From: Thalia democratica | Taxonomy: Eukaryota | Reading direction: 5' to 3' | DNA length: 64,000 bases | NCBI GenBank assembly: GCA_965202585.1 | Contig: OZ241834.1 | Location: 9,982,001-10,046,000 of the forward strand | Part shown: piece by piece, positions 1 to 13,296 of the stretch | Position numbering within the stretch: the stretch's first letter is position 1 | Layout: each line of letters opens with the position of its first letter | Notes under the pieces: model-generated | What the model saw: only the letters and a program-made list of their open reading frames with translations | What the model was told of the DNA's origin: nothing | Databases searched by the model: none | Translations under genes and position numbers: made by a program

Positions 1-1440
1 GATGAAATTAAACTTATTTACTGAAAACTGTTGTGATGAGATTCAAAGTTTAAAAGCTTAAAACAAATTTTTTATACTTTTTAAAGTATACATTGTAAAA
101 TTACTATTTTTAACAATGAACAAATGCAACTAAGAACTTTTTTGTGAAAGTATTAAAATACAAACAACATTAAAATGTTTTTTAATTTTCTCCATCTTGA
201 AGTATATAAATAAGGTTACAAAATAAACGAAGTTTAATTGTGGCTTCGCGACATATTTTCTTTTAATAAATAAAATTAAGACCAGTAATTCCTAACTTCA
301 ATTGAACCTGTGATATAATAACTGCCTTAAAGCTAAACAACTTTTCAAAAGGAAAAACCAAAAAACTAGACAACTAATTTTAATTTCCCAATAAGCTTGT
401 CAAAACAGAGCACTTAAATTGACGGTTTGAGTTAAAGTTTACTAGTACAGTCATTTAAGTTCCATAAGAAAAAATTCCTACTATTTTACTTATGTTGTTT
501 GTATCTATTATCTTCAAAACTTTTAAATAGCCTAGAAACTAGTATGTATTACTGCTTTTAATTTTTAGTTGAACAAATATTTATTTATTTATTTGATTTT
601 TTTATGAGTTTTATTACAATACTTAAATTAAACACACAGCAAGTTTAAACAAGTTTTATGAGTTTTACAGTATAATTAGTAAGGTTCGACAACTAGTTTT
701 TTTTTGTGTTTGTTTTATAATGATTTAAAATTAATAGTCTCGATTGCCTTATGTTTACTAAAAAATGTATACTAAAATTTTTATTTGAACTATTGAGTTA
801 AAAACCACAAAAGAATATATTTTATAAAAAATATATAAACAGAAAAACAAAAATAAAATTTTGTGTTATTAGACTTTAGATACAAACTAAAATTAGAAAA
901 AACAATAAACATTTCAAAAAAAAGTTATTCATAACTTATTGTTTTTATTACTAGAGTTTTATAAAACTTAAAGGTGAATTATTGACTTTTATAAGTTATT
1001 ACATGTTTGTAACAAAAATTTCTAAGCAATTAATAAAAGAACTTTAGTGCTGGTTGGTATTCTACTTAAATGTTTATTAATAAAATGAATATATTTTAAG
1101 TCATAACTGGTCAATAACAAAGGTTTATCACATTTATTTTGAGAGTTTTACTTAGTTTTTACAATTAAATATTTAAGTTAGATTTAGACTTAATTTAGTA
1201 AAAATTGTGGTAATTGGATTTAGTTTCTTGGTTTTTATACTTACTTTTTTTTCGTTTATATTCTCAGATCAAGATTACTTAAATCTTTTAATCGATAAAC
1301 TTTTTAAACTTAAAACAACATACTAACAAAATCAAATTTTTTAACATATAATTTTGAACGCAATAAGTTTTATAATATTTACTGTTTAAGCATGTTCTTA
1401 AATTTTAGTTACCTTAAAAGAATATCAAGTATTAAAGTAC
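1..1440. repeat. Interspersed AT-rich repeat, copy 1 (runs off the window start)
   Basis: Aligns by eye with 25345-27330 in the same orientation (shared blocks such as aacaatgaacaaatgcaactaa, ataaaattaagaccag, aaggttcgacaactagttt, ctcagatcaagattactt / ctaagatcaagattactt). Termini not resolved. Confidence 0.75.
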
Positions 1441-1571
1441 TGTTTAATTAAAAAAAAAAAATTTTGACATTGAATACATATCTTTATGAATATAAATACA
1501 AACTTATTATCTAGATTTTTTTTTATAGTGTAGTGTTCGCCAAGTATTCGACGTAATCTTGTATCAGCTAG

Positions 1572-1918
1572 TTCTCCTATAAAGAGTCAAAAATGGTATT
1601 TAAAAACGATATGGGTTTTTAACAAAAAAAAAAAGTCTTTTCCAAAGTCTGTATTTTCGCAATTGAGTCTTTGATTTTCTTATTTTGACAATTTTTTTAA
1701 TAAAAAACGTGACAAAAAAAAGTAATTTTCCGCCTTAAAAACCTTTTGTAGGCAATTCTCCTATCGAGAGTCAAAAACAGTTTAAAATCGATATGGGCGT
1801 CTTCCCTAAGGTCCGTATATTTCCAATATATTTTTTGATTCTTTAACTTTGACAATTTTTTTCCATAAATGACGTCACGAATATAAAATCTTATACAGTT
1901 TTAATATACATACCTAGT
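1572..1918. repeat. Diverged dimeric repeat (two units starting ttctcctat...gagtcaaaaa and ending ttgacaattttttt), ending in ...catacCTAG|t
   Basis: Units at about 1572-1700 and 1755-1862. The CTAG followed by T at about 1915-1919 resembles a Helitron 3' end, but no 5' TC end or clear subterminal hairpin was identified. Confidence 0.4.
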
Positions 1919-2432
1919 GCTCACAAACCTCGTATTTTATTATGAACTTTATGGTAACAGGTTTAAAAACAAATAGGCGACGATTTTGCACTTACAAATT
2001 AAATTTAGTTTATTACAAACATGAATGAGCAATGCTTCAAGTTTTTATTTTATTTTTATATATTAAATTGCACGCTATTTACAAACGAAAAATGTTTGTG
2101 TCACACAACTAAAACAAAAAAAGGAACGAAAGTTTCACTATTAATACTATTTGAAAAAGAAGAATTTAATCTGATATTAAAACTTATTTGATATATATGT
2201 CAAGTGCTTATATTAGTAAAATATTATTTGATAGAAAACAAAAAACCGAAATTTAAGAAAAATATTAATAAAAGATGTTATTTTGTATAACAAATTAATG
2301 TTTTACATACGTTAAGTTTTTACTTTGTTAAAATTGCTTTCTTAATTTACACAACTAAAATAATAAGACAAAAAATGTCATAATTAAAACTGTTTAAAAT
2401 AAAATAAACTCCAAAATTGATAAGTTAGTTAC

Positions 2433-2731
2433 CATGATTACAATAGCGACAATAACAAGAGCTCTTTTTTATAGCCTCGAAATAACACGGTCTGTAGCCC
2501 AGACAAGTAACCTTTCCTTTTACAAAAGCTGCAACTGATCTGTTAGAATATTATACTATATAAAACTGACTAATGAAATATACTAGTATTTAAAACTATT
2601 AGATAGTTTTCATTGTAAATAACCCTCTAAGTTTTGTATAGTCAGTATCAAACTAACCCGAAGCACTTTTCCAGTATTGTTTCTGGCTGGAGCAGTATGG
2701 TTCCATTCATAGCAAGTTGTTTTGCCATAGA
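2433..2731 (-). other. Two candidate exons (2658-2731 and 2433-2539) of an unidentified minus-strand transcript
   Basis: Good splice signals: tttcacag / gttagt and ctaacag / gtaact; GC-richer than the flanks. One frame (SMAKQLAMNG...CFG|SVAAF...CNH) stays open across both exons. No recognisable protein. Confidence 0.35.
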
Positions 2732-3229
2732 CTGTGAAATGTTTGTTTTTACTCTTTTTATACAATATTTTTAATAAGTTTAAATATACCATTTAAAAAA
2801 TTTGATAAAAGATACGTTTTGAAAAGCGTAATGTTTAAATAATATTTAAACAAGTGAAAGCGAAATATTTAAAATCAAATAACCTCTATCTCACAATAAA
2901 GTTGTTGCTATGTTGAATCTTTCTTGCTTAAGTTCTGTTTAATCTGTTTTCAAGTTTATTTCTTTAGGAAAACATTGATACGCTTTTATTATTAGTAATA
3001 CAGCCTGTAGTTTCCATCAATAATTTAATTTTAAAATGCTAGTTTCGCAAAACTCTTATAAAATTAAGTAAATTGCAACGAATTAATATTAACATTGGTG
3101 TTTGGTTTTTAGTAATCATGCGAGCTAGTCACAGTAGTACTTTGAGGTTGTTTTAACTTCGCTCTCGAAAAAAAAGTTCAAAGGGTATAAAAATTTTAGT
3201 TGCAAAACTACATAATGGAGAAAAAATAT

Positions 3230-3451
3230 ATAACTGTTCAAAATATAGTTTTAATTGTTTGCTAATAAAAGATCCTAGTAAAGTAACTTCACTGGAATAT
3301 AAATAAAAACAAATTATACAGTAATCTTCCTTTATTCTACCAACATATGTTTCTGTGTGTCAACGAATCAACACACTTCAACTGGGTTGTTAATAGGAAA
3401 GATAACTCAGTTAACTTATCTTTCCTATTAACAACCCAGTTGAAGTGTGTT
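3230..3451. repeat. Palindromic MITE-like family member ending in a perfect 36-bp stem / 10-nt loop hairpin (3370-3451)
   Basis: aacacacttcaactgggttgttaataggaaagataa (3370-3405) is the exact reverse complement of 3416-3451. The left arm 3230-3385 matches 52143-52305 (reverse) and 50560-50670. Confidence 0.8.
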
Positions 3452-3488
3452 TATTACACAAAAAAAAAAAGAAAAAAAAAAGTTTAAA

Positions 3489-6400
3489 TCAAGTAGACTT
3501 TTTTAATCGGGATATTCTTGTCGGTGGGGATAAATAGGATTGTTGCTTTTTTGTTTTGCTGCTGTCATTGTGTGTAGAAGGAACTTTTTTGGTTTGTTCT
3601 CCTGGCGACACAGATGACCTGCGAAGCATGTTTAGTTAAATTGTTCGTTCTGTCTTCTGTAATATTAATTTTTAGTTTCTTTATAAACACTTCTTAAAAC
3701 AAAACACCTCTCAATACAACCAAGATTTATACAAACTACAAATTGTATTTTATTTTGTAGTATATAAAGAATTTTGACTTTTGAATAAAAAAAATAAGAC
3801 ATAAAAGTCATACGATATTATTCATTCAGTTTGTTGTAGTTTTTATATTAAAAACCTTCGATACTCGCCGCCGTGGAATTCATTGTAACCTTGGTTTGGC
3901 GTTCTAGGCGACGAGGAAAGACGTGAGTTCGGTGACCTGAGCGACTGGTTGCTGTTTAGGGGGATTGCAGAGGAGGACGGGAGCCTCTTGTAAGTGAAAA
4001 GAGGTTTTTTGCTGTTTCTATTGTTCTTGTCATCGGCAGCCACGTTGGCCGGTGTGCTGTATTGCCTGATGAGCTTCTGCTTCGGTTTAATCGATTTAGA
4101 CGGCGATTCAATTCTTCTGAATAATTTTATAGAGTTAGTTTGCTAAGCTTGGTAAATAATATTTAAAGTTTATTTGCATGAGTAATATGTGAAAGATAGA
4201 TAATTTTTTAGATTATTATATTTTTAGTATTTTGTTTTTAAATTTTGTTGACTGGATAACAAATTATTACTTTATCAGTCCCCTGGGTGAGAGAGGCTGG
4301 ATTCCTTTCGATTTCGATAAAACAGTTGTTTCTTTTTCTTTCTGCATTGAAGTCAGCTGCGAAGCGTCAATCGAGTGTTGCCTTTCCACCGAAGGTACCT
4401 TTCTGTGGTTCAAAACAGCTATGCTCTTGTTGCCGTGTTGTTTTTGCTGCAGTTTGGCAGGAGACTACAGTTTGGAACACAGGGACTGTTTTTTTATAAC
4501 CTTTACTTTGCTTACTTTTGTTGTCGGTTTACCTGTTAAAAATGTCATGTTTTAGTGTTTTTTTAATAGAACTTAGTTAAGATAAAAAGAATCAGTTTAA
4601 AGCTATCTCCTTAATTTGTTAAACAGTTAATCACAATTATTAAATCAAACTAATTCTCAATTAAATACGTCAATTTTTTAACATACTGTTATCTGGAACT
4701 TCTTCATTTATCCGGGCAGAACTCGATAATTCGTCAACGTATTTGTCTTCATCTTGCTTCTTCTTTGGCGAAACTGAGTTCTGTGTGAGTGTTCTGTCCT
4801 TCTCCATCCGCTCTATCGTGCTGCTCTCACCGAATCCCTCATCACTCAGTGCCTCCACGTCTGGTGTGCCTATGGAATAATTTTAAATAGTGTTTAGAAA
4901 ACTCTCACAAACTACAGCAAACATTTTTAAGCAGACTGCTAAAAGCACTGTTTTTAAAAAACAGACTAGAGCAGTTTTAATTTAAAAAGGTAACTTGTAC
5001 TACAAAAGTATATTGATGTACTCAGTAGAAAAAATGAGAAATTGTATTACAACTTTGTTTTATTTTAGGCAGTTTAATCAATTTTAGATCAAGCAATTTA
5101 CCTACTGCTACGCGATTTTCAACCAAACTTTTGTCCTCCTGGTACAGTTTTTCCTGCTGTAAGGGCTTACAACTTGTTAGCTTAACCTTGGAACCCATAG
5201 GTGGCTTTGATTTAACATAACCACTAGAAGCAGGAATCTTGTTTGATGTAAACTCCTTAGATGCGTCTTTAGTTTTTTCTTTAGATGATCTAAAAAAGTT
5301 TTCGAATTAAGTTAACTATTTTTTTAGTAAAGCATGTGTTTGCTTACATTTTTCCAACATTGATTCCTATAAGTATATATTTAGTTTAAAATTTGATTTA
5401 AATGTTAAAACTAACTGCAATATTCATTATTAAAAAAGTTATAATAACTAAAACTATACACTTATATTTTTAACAACCTGCTGAACTTGGACTTCATTAT
5501 TCCCACGATGGACTTGGAGCTGGTGCTTCCGTGCAGCGGCGCCAGAGGTTTCGGTTTTATCGAAGGGGAACCACCATTCAGGTTGGGACACACCGTCTTG
5601 TTGATTGGAATTATGTTGAAGTCGAACGACCCCGACCGGTGGTAGTCGAAGGGGATTTCCCTCTTGTAGAAGTCACTTTGTGGTTTCAGCGGCGCCCTTT
5701 CGCCTGTTAGTAATGAGCAGTAAATAAAATTAACTTCCAAAGTGTCGGGCTTCAGAGCTTTTAAAAAACAGTTAGTGCGGTCAGGCGCTCGTTACACGGC
5801 ACTTGAAACGCAAGGCGTGTTAAATTGAAGCCATAAAACAATAAGGGTGTGAATTTAATGTTTGTGAAATTTAATAATGTTTGTGTTTACGAGATAGCAT
5901 TTGTAAAACAAACGAGCGAGTAATTGTAAACACAGAAGTTCGCTTTGATGCCGATAATGAATTTAACGGTGCTGCATTGTGATATAATGTGCTTTTAAAT
6001 TGTTGCAGGAACTAACAGTTTTCAGTGAGTGTTCTTCTGTTTTGCAAATCGTCGTTGTAGTTGTTAAACTTGCTGAACTGCTGCTTGGCCCCTGTTTCAG
6101 GGTTGTAGCACGTGACTTTGGACGTTTCTTGCGATGCTTTGTGCATCATAAACTCTGCAAATTAGTGTAATTAGTCTGCACGTTTTTAAACTTTATGCAT
6201 AATTGATAAGTTAATAGCTTTATGTGGTTAAATATACCAGAGTAATAAAAAATAAAATCCGCAAACAGTATCATGCGTATGTGATTAAAAAACTTTATGT
6301 ATGCAAGTTTGGTACCAAAACAGTTTTCTTTTGACTTCATAGAACTAATTTAACAAAAATTCTAAGTATTTTTTCTTTTTGTTATGCAAAAAACCTAGGA

Positions 6401-9400
6401 AAGTTTTATAGCCATTTAACAGCATATTTTAAATGTTTTTGGAATTAATTCAATCCTACCACTATTGTATTCCAAATTGTATATGTCAAGTTTAAAGCAC
6501 TCAAACATTTTTATAAAATTTATGAAACCACTCAAATACTATTTTTGAAGTTCATGAATGAAAAGTTTTGAAAAAACGTGAAAAAACTCTATATTTAGCT
6601 GTGCAGCTTGTACTTTTCTTAATTTTAGTATTTTTGAGTGAAATATTAAACCAATGAATTGTTTCTTGGTTTGTAACAAGACATGCAATTTTGGGACGTA
6701 AAAACAACTTTTTGATAAAATATTTAAAACCAAATTTAAAAAAGTGATATAATTATATTTTAATAATAAAAACAAACTTTGCTGGGGACAAACGAAATTG
6801 TCTTCACTGCAGTTGTCGTCCTCGACTGCAAAATTATCGAATTCTCGCATCTGTGAAAATTTCACGGTTAGTTTAAGGGTTTTTTGAAAAAAAAAGTTAA
6901 ATCAGTTTTCTTTTTTTTTTAAACGCTTTTTTATTACGTAAGTATTTTTTTAAAATTCTTGGAACTATGTCAATAAGTCTACAAGCTAGAAATAATTTGT
7001 ATTTCGGATTTTTTATTACAAACCGGTTTAAACTATTAACAATAAAAAATATAAGTAATATTACCAGTTCAATTAATTTAACTAAAAATAGAAAAAAAAA
7101 TCTTTTTTTATAAATTTTACTCATAACTTACCATGCAATCTTGTTGCAAAAACATCCCAACTGGCAAAGACTCTGTTTTTTGATTTCCTCTTTGCATCAT
7201 GTTTTTTTGACACAAATTAATTTCTTCCAGTGTCGCGTAATTTTTGAATGCATCCATGTCACTTGAATGAGAGTAACTTTGGTCTGAAATTTTATATATA
7301 TATATATATTTGCATACGTTATTCAAATTTATTTTTACATTTTAAAAATAAAAGTTACAGTAAATAAACGAGCGTTTTTAGTTAATTTAGGGTTAAGCTA
7401 TACCTGTATAAGTAGTTTAAATAATTCATAACTTAGGTTAAACTACTCATACTTTATAATTTTTTGATTTTTGTTGTTTAAATACAATAAAAGTTTAACT
7501 TAATCACATAAATCAGTCAATCTGATCTGTTTGCTTTGTGTATCGTAAAACAGTGTAAGATTTTGATGAATGAGAAAATATAAATCTCACAAAGTCAGCT
7601 TTAATGATTCATGCCCTTGAAAAGTACTTTGTGTGTAATAAATTAATTTGTGTCACATTTACAGATTATGTAAGGTGCTATTAGCAGCCTTGTGTTATAA
7701 CATCAAAGGAAAACTTGCTATCTGAGTAACGTTTAGTTTACATACTTGAGCATTATAAGTTTTGTTCAACTAATGGTTTGAACCACTAAATTAGTTTTAT
7801 TATAACGTTTACATAATTGTATTGTGTTGTTTTTATTAAAGTTGTTTAACTTTTCATTGAAAAATTGATTTCTGTTTACGTAAGTATAACTTTTAATCGT
7901 CTATCTTCTACCGTTAGAACCTCATTTATTTTTATTCACCATTATAAACGCTCGTAGAAATTTTAGCCTATTTATTATTGATAGAAACTAACCTAGCAAT
8001 CTTATCGCTTCTTCTTGATAGTTACATGTCTCATCACTATTCTCCTCAGTACAGTATCTGTTTTTGTAGTACTTTTTAACTTATTTTAAATAAACTACAG
8101 TTAATCTTTTTACTATTCAAAATTATATTAAAATAAAATAATACTGACAAGCTTTTAAATTTTTACTTGAGTCTTTTGTTGGATTTTGAAGTTTTTGTTT
8201 TAAAGCGGTTATAATCTACTATTTGAGATATTCAAATTAAAAACAAAACAAAACTTTACTTACACTTCATCATCCTTGATTTGATGGTTTTCGTTTTGTT
8301 GATAACCTTCTTCAACAAAATAATTATTTAAGTAGAAAGAATTTCTGTTTGAAACATCATCTGCTTCCACTACAACGTTCACACACCTCTTTTGTGTTTC
8401 CGCCTTGACAGGTTTCTTACCTCCGTTTGTATACCCTTTATATAAATAGACATATACGTAGATTAAACTTTTAAGTATCATCTATCATTATAATACTTAA
8501 AATGACTTTTTAGACTTTAGTTTTCGGCATTAACGAAAAATTATTCCCTACTAATATTCAAAAAGATTTGTATAAAACAAAAAAAAATTCTACAAAAAGA
8601 TTTACAAAATTAAAACAAAACAATTTAGTTTCAGGCAGAAAAATGATACCACCAAACACGAATCGTCATTAAGGGATTAAGATCTGGTAAACAAAGATAA
8701 ACAACTGTAATAATAAGTAAAAGATTTATTGGTTAATTTATAAAAACTGTCACACGCTTTTTTAAGTGTTTGCAAATAATCATTAGGCTTTAATGACGTT
8801 ATCTAGTAAAAATTTTGACTAAAATCACATTATCTTAACTAATCGTTTACTTAAAAATAACAGCGTCACGAAATCGTAGGAACATGGCTTTTATTTATTT
8901 GTAAATTATCTTAACTTAGCGGATACTTTTAAAACTGAAATACAAGTAAAAAAGCAATTAATAAAAAAGTAGTACTTTAAGTAAATTTTTAACCAGTAGT
9001 TTTCAAAAATGAAAGTTTAATTTTCCTCTTTTCCGATCTTTTAAACAAATTTTCATTCAAGTTTCTAGAAACATTTTGATTACACACTATTTGATGAATA
9101 CTTAGTAAAGCCTAATTCATTTCAGTTTTCGTAATATTTGCTTATTCAAAAGTGTTTAAAATCACTTGTAACGTTGTCGATTTCCGTCGAAGACCAGCCA
9201 CGATTTTTGAACCTCGAGTTTTGCTGGCTTTTGATTGGACGTTCTTCTGTTTCGTGAAAAACGTCTTCACTTTCCGATTCGCTCTCCACCTGCTTCTTGC
9301 TGTTTGTTTCCACATCTTCATACACCTTCACTGCCATCTTCGGTTTCATCTCGTCGGTTCCATGCGGTTCGCAGTTCATTTTCCCGCTACAGTCGGAATG

Positions 9401-12400
9401 CTTCAGATCTTCTTCTGCGGTTTTGTCTTCGGAGGGTTTCACTTCGGTTTTTTGAATTTTTTCTGCCGGTTTAGTGGAAAGTAGGAGGGAGAGGAACGGA
9501 GCCAGTTTCGTGAAAAGCTGCTCGATAAGTTGGTCTGGCATACCTGCAATAAATTTTAAAAATATGTTTTGTGTTTTCGTTTTTATCTTGTTTTGTATTT
9601 ATTATTATGTTTTTTTTTTTTCAAAGCTATTTCGTTTATTTTTATTTGTAGTTTGGTTTTTCAAGTAGTTAACAACTTTTTAAAAAGCATAAACATGTAT
9701 ATTTTATCGAAAACATTTCGTTTAATGTTTTATTGGTATAAGGCAGGGGCGTAGCGTGGGGAGGGACACTGGCGCATGCGTGCCACCGAAAAAAAGAAAA
9801 ATGTAAAAAAAAGAATGTAATATCTTTGTCCTTTATAGTTCATTTTTTCTGCTTAATTTGCCTTTTTTCAACCATGTTTATCTAGTATTCAAAAAGTTAA
9901 ACGAAATTTTGAATACCAATTAGTGACAAGTTAGGAAAGTACATGTTATTACTCAATATACTGATTCGGTGCGTAATTGCAAATGCGAACCGATGTTGAT
10001 GAAAAACTCCATAAGGAAACGTTTTATAAGTTCATTAACTTCATAAGAATTTAGGCTCAAAAAGCACGCAATTAATATAGCGCACCGCTGTAGTATAACC
10101 TATGGCAGATCATTTTTCTAAAAAAAAGTTTACAAAAATACGTCACGCAAAAAGAAAAATTAAACAATTTTACAAGTTTTTCTTTTATGCTACATTGTTT
10201 TACTACATTGTTTTAAGACTACTGCTAGTTTTCTGAACTTTATTTTTGTAAACATACAAGAAAAAGCGTGTCGGCCTATGAGAAATAAACTTTGTTTGTG
10301 ATTTTTATTTTAAACAAATACAATCAAATGAAATAAATTTAAAAAGTATACTTTTAACTATTTTACAAAGTTTTAATACACTGTAATAACAGTTATAAAG
10401 TTGGTCTATTTTAACTTCTGTGTAACTTTATTAAAATTATGTGCAATGAGGTGTTGTTATCACTGTTGTATTGTGTATTAAAAAGATTGATATTTTTTTT
10501 GTAAATAAAACAGATACTTCCGTTTTATTGAATATATTAACTTTAAAAGATATAAAGTTTACTTTAAGTAATAAAAACAATTTCTATTTAGTAAGTTTAC
10601 ATTTTCTCAAGTATAAGTAATTCTAATGAAATTTATAATTTTATTTAATTGTTTAATTTTGTAATATATAAATATTTTTTAAAACAGTTAACGAACTTGT
10701 TTTACTTAATAAATTTATTTCAATTATATTACTTATAAAAAGTTTTTTTATAGCTAATTACAAAAGTTTTAATTTAGAGAATTTTTTGAGAAAAAAATTT
10801 GCGCACCCCCTGACCAAAATACCACGCTACGCCACTGGTATAAGGTATATATAAAAAAAAGAATTTCAGAATAAGTTTAAAGTAGTTACAACGTTTACGT
10901 AACACTTTACTAGTTACAACTAAAAAGTCATTTATGAGAAAAATATCAAATTTTAACTACCGGAGTAATTTAACAGTTAAATGTCAAAATGGCATAAATT
11001 GTTTAGTTATACAGTTACCTTGCTCTTTTATTACAAACGCCTTTTTATTTTTTGCCTTAAGATAGAAATTAGGCGAAGAAAATGACATAACGAGTGAGGA
11101 ATTCCACACCAACAGGAGAAATTGAAAGTCTCAATTGTAAAATTACCTCAAGTGCAAGGTAAAGTTGGATATTCGTTACGTGCGATTATTTAGTATCTGA
11201 AACAGAAAAAGTAGAAGAGACATTTTCAAGGGATTTCTTTCATGCGTGTTTTTTTTGCGAGTTGATCAAAAACGAGGCTGTTTGCCAGCAAAAATGTATT
11301 TAACCTTGTCGGCACGTCTTTTGATTCTTATACATCAGCATGCTTTGTTTGAACAAAACAGAAAAACTCCTGTATCACGCTTATATATATATATATATAG
11401 GCTTTTTGTTCGGTTTCGACATTCGGAAATTTATTTTCAAATATAATAACCTGTTTGTTCAGCAAGTTGTTTCCAGTTCGCCGAAGTTTCGCTTCTTTTA
11501 AGCTCCTTGTTTTCTTGTATCAGCTCACTCGAAGATTTTATTCTTTCTTTTTTAGTGAAAAATTTGGTTAAGATTAAGTACATAAATGTTTAATGAGACA
11601 GCTTTTAGGTTATATTTAACTCTTACTTTTATTTTTATATATACGTATAGTTATATTAACGACAAAAAAATTTTTTTGATCCGTATTTCTAAAAAAATAA
11701 CTAACTTTTATTTATTTTTTACTTGACTAAGTTTAGCCACTATATTTAATAAATTTAGTTTTTGATAATAACACTCACATTATGTTATTTTACAACTTAT
11801 TTAAATAGGTACAATAATTAATAAGTATAATTAATGTATGCAAATTTCTTACTCTTTGTGTTTAGTTTGTTTTTGTTGGTAAGTTCTTCCACTTTGTTTC
11901 TCAATACGTCACATTCATCAAATAGTTCATCCCTTTCTTTTTCAACAAGCATCTTTTCTGTTTCCACCTAATTTATATGGAATTTATATTCAAAATACTC
12001 ATTTAATTTACAATTTAAAAGTGTTCAGTACTACAAAAAAGCTGTTTATAATACGAACGTATACATGTTTAAAAAATACTTTCTAAAGCATTTAAAGTAT
12101 TCGAAAATTGTACATTGAAATGAGTTTAATCGCCCTAATGTCAAGTTAATGTTAAATCTACGTTTCTATTTGATTAATTTATTTCATAATCTTAGTAATA
12201 CAACCCGTTTTACTGCATTTAAAAACAAATGTTCAAGTTGTTTTGATGACGTTTAAGTCGCTTTCCGATCAATTCAGTTTTTATACTATATTAAGTATAA
12301 AACATAAAAATTTGCTTTGAAAAAATTTAAACATTTTAGTCTTGTTTCTTGTTGCGTGGAAGTTGTTTAACATATTTTAAAAAATAACTAAAAATGTTTC

Positions 12401-13296
12401 AAACATATTAATATTACTCACTTTTTCGTTTTGAACCTTCAGGTTCTCAACGAGCTTAACCAGATTTTTGTTTTCATCTTCAACTCGCTGAATCTTTTCA
12501 ACTAAACGAGCGTAACTGGAGTGTACCATGTCCACATTCTAAAAAAAACAACAGTTCAGTAAAATCTCCTTTTGATAAAACATTGTTTAGTCTATTTATA
12601 TTCTATACAGACAAAATTTAAATTTTTTATAAAAGATTAAAAAAGTTATTAGTGTTTTACTTATTTTAGCTTTATAATAACTTCTTATGACGGTAAAATT
12701 AAGTTTTTGGCTTTTAGCTAGCTCAGTTTGATTAATTTATATCAGATTATCTAATTAAATTGTTTACATGTTTGAATAAAACGTTGTTTTTGTTTCAATA
12801 ATTAAACAATTAAATTTTATTTATACAATTAAACTTTTTTTTGTTTACAATATTTTTCAGCTGTAAAATGCTACAAGTTGAAATTTGCTATTTAAATTTC
12901 AACAATTTTTATCTTTTCCAATAAGTATGACTTTGAAAAATTTATTAAAATAAAACTCAAAATGCATTTTAAAATTGCCACAGACGTTCTTAATTATATA
13001 TAGCCTGAGCTAATCACGACTTAAAAATAAAATGTTTTTTACTTAATGTACACACGTCACATATAACTACCGTTTCACAAGACTCAAAACAACAAACTAC
13101 AAGCATATAATAAGCGGGCAGATTACTATTCTTCTCAAAATTGCAGTGCAATTTGACACTGGTAATTATACCTTAAAGATTCTCATTGCCACCCACAAAA
13201 TGAACAAAAACTCACGCTCCTTGAAGTTCTCGAGGAAGTAGATTCGCTATAACGTGAATTGATGCCATACCGACTCTGCGATGATTTCGAAGTCAT
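3489..13296 (-). CDS. Uncharacterised 861-aa protein: N-terminal coiled coil, long Ser/Lys/Glu-rich low-complexity C-terminus
   Basis: 17 GT-AG exons, all phase-compatible: 13216-13296, 12422-12538, 11853-11967, 11451-11546, 9166-9543, 8264-8435, 7993-8057, 7132-7283, 6778-6850, 6017-6154, 5478-5703, 5102-5289, 4687-4869, 4516-4532, 4271-4464, 3856-4116, 3489-3618 (2586 nt). Starts MTSKSSQSRYGINSRYSES..., has the heptad-rich stretch LVEKIQRVEDENKNLVKLVENLKVQNEKVETEKMLVEKERDELFDECDVLRNKVEEL, ends ...SRLKKST*. The donor at 9166 (gtgatt), the acceptor at 11546 (ctaaaaaag) and the choice of last exon are the weakest calls. Confidence 0.75.
9744..10837. mobile_element. Non-autonomous hAT-family DNA transposon (MITE) in intron 4 of the orphan gene
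   Basis: TIRs CAGGGGCGTAGC ... GCTACGCCACTG; exact 8-bp TSD GTATAAGG at 9736-9743 and 10838-10845. No transposase ORF. Confidence 0.9.
11019..11088 (-). CDS. Alternative first coding exon of the orphan gene (MSFSSPNFYLKAKNKKAFVIKEQ-G)
   Basis: ATG at 11088 with an upstream in-frame TGA. Strong donor AAG|gtaact; ends in phase 1, matching the phase-1 acceptor at 9543 (G|GT ATG CCA). Confidence 0.55.

Noticed and set aside
678-700. ggttcgac as a Pol III B-box / tRNA-derived SINE
   Set aside because: No A-box at the proper spacing and no tRNA-like fold.
4066-4072. CTGATGA hammerhead-core match
   Set aside because: No stem II, GAAA or stem I partner; it is the antisense of coding sequence (KLIRQ).
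5348-5366. 19-nt micro-exon candidate (tag|GAATC...AAT|gtaagc)
   Set aside because: The flanking exons already join in phase 2 without it, and inclusion would shift the frame.
8640-8700. Possible extra exon of the orphan gene
   Set aside because: Available donors give phase 2, while the next exon needs phase 1.
4232-9484. Plus-strand ORFs 4232-4555, 4287-4499, 9152-9484, 9235-9474
   Set aside because: Antisense shadows of minus-strand exons.
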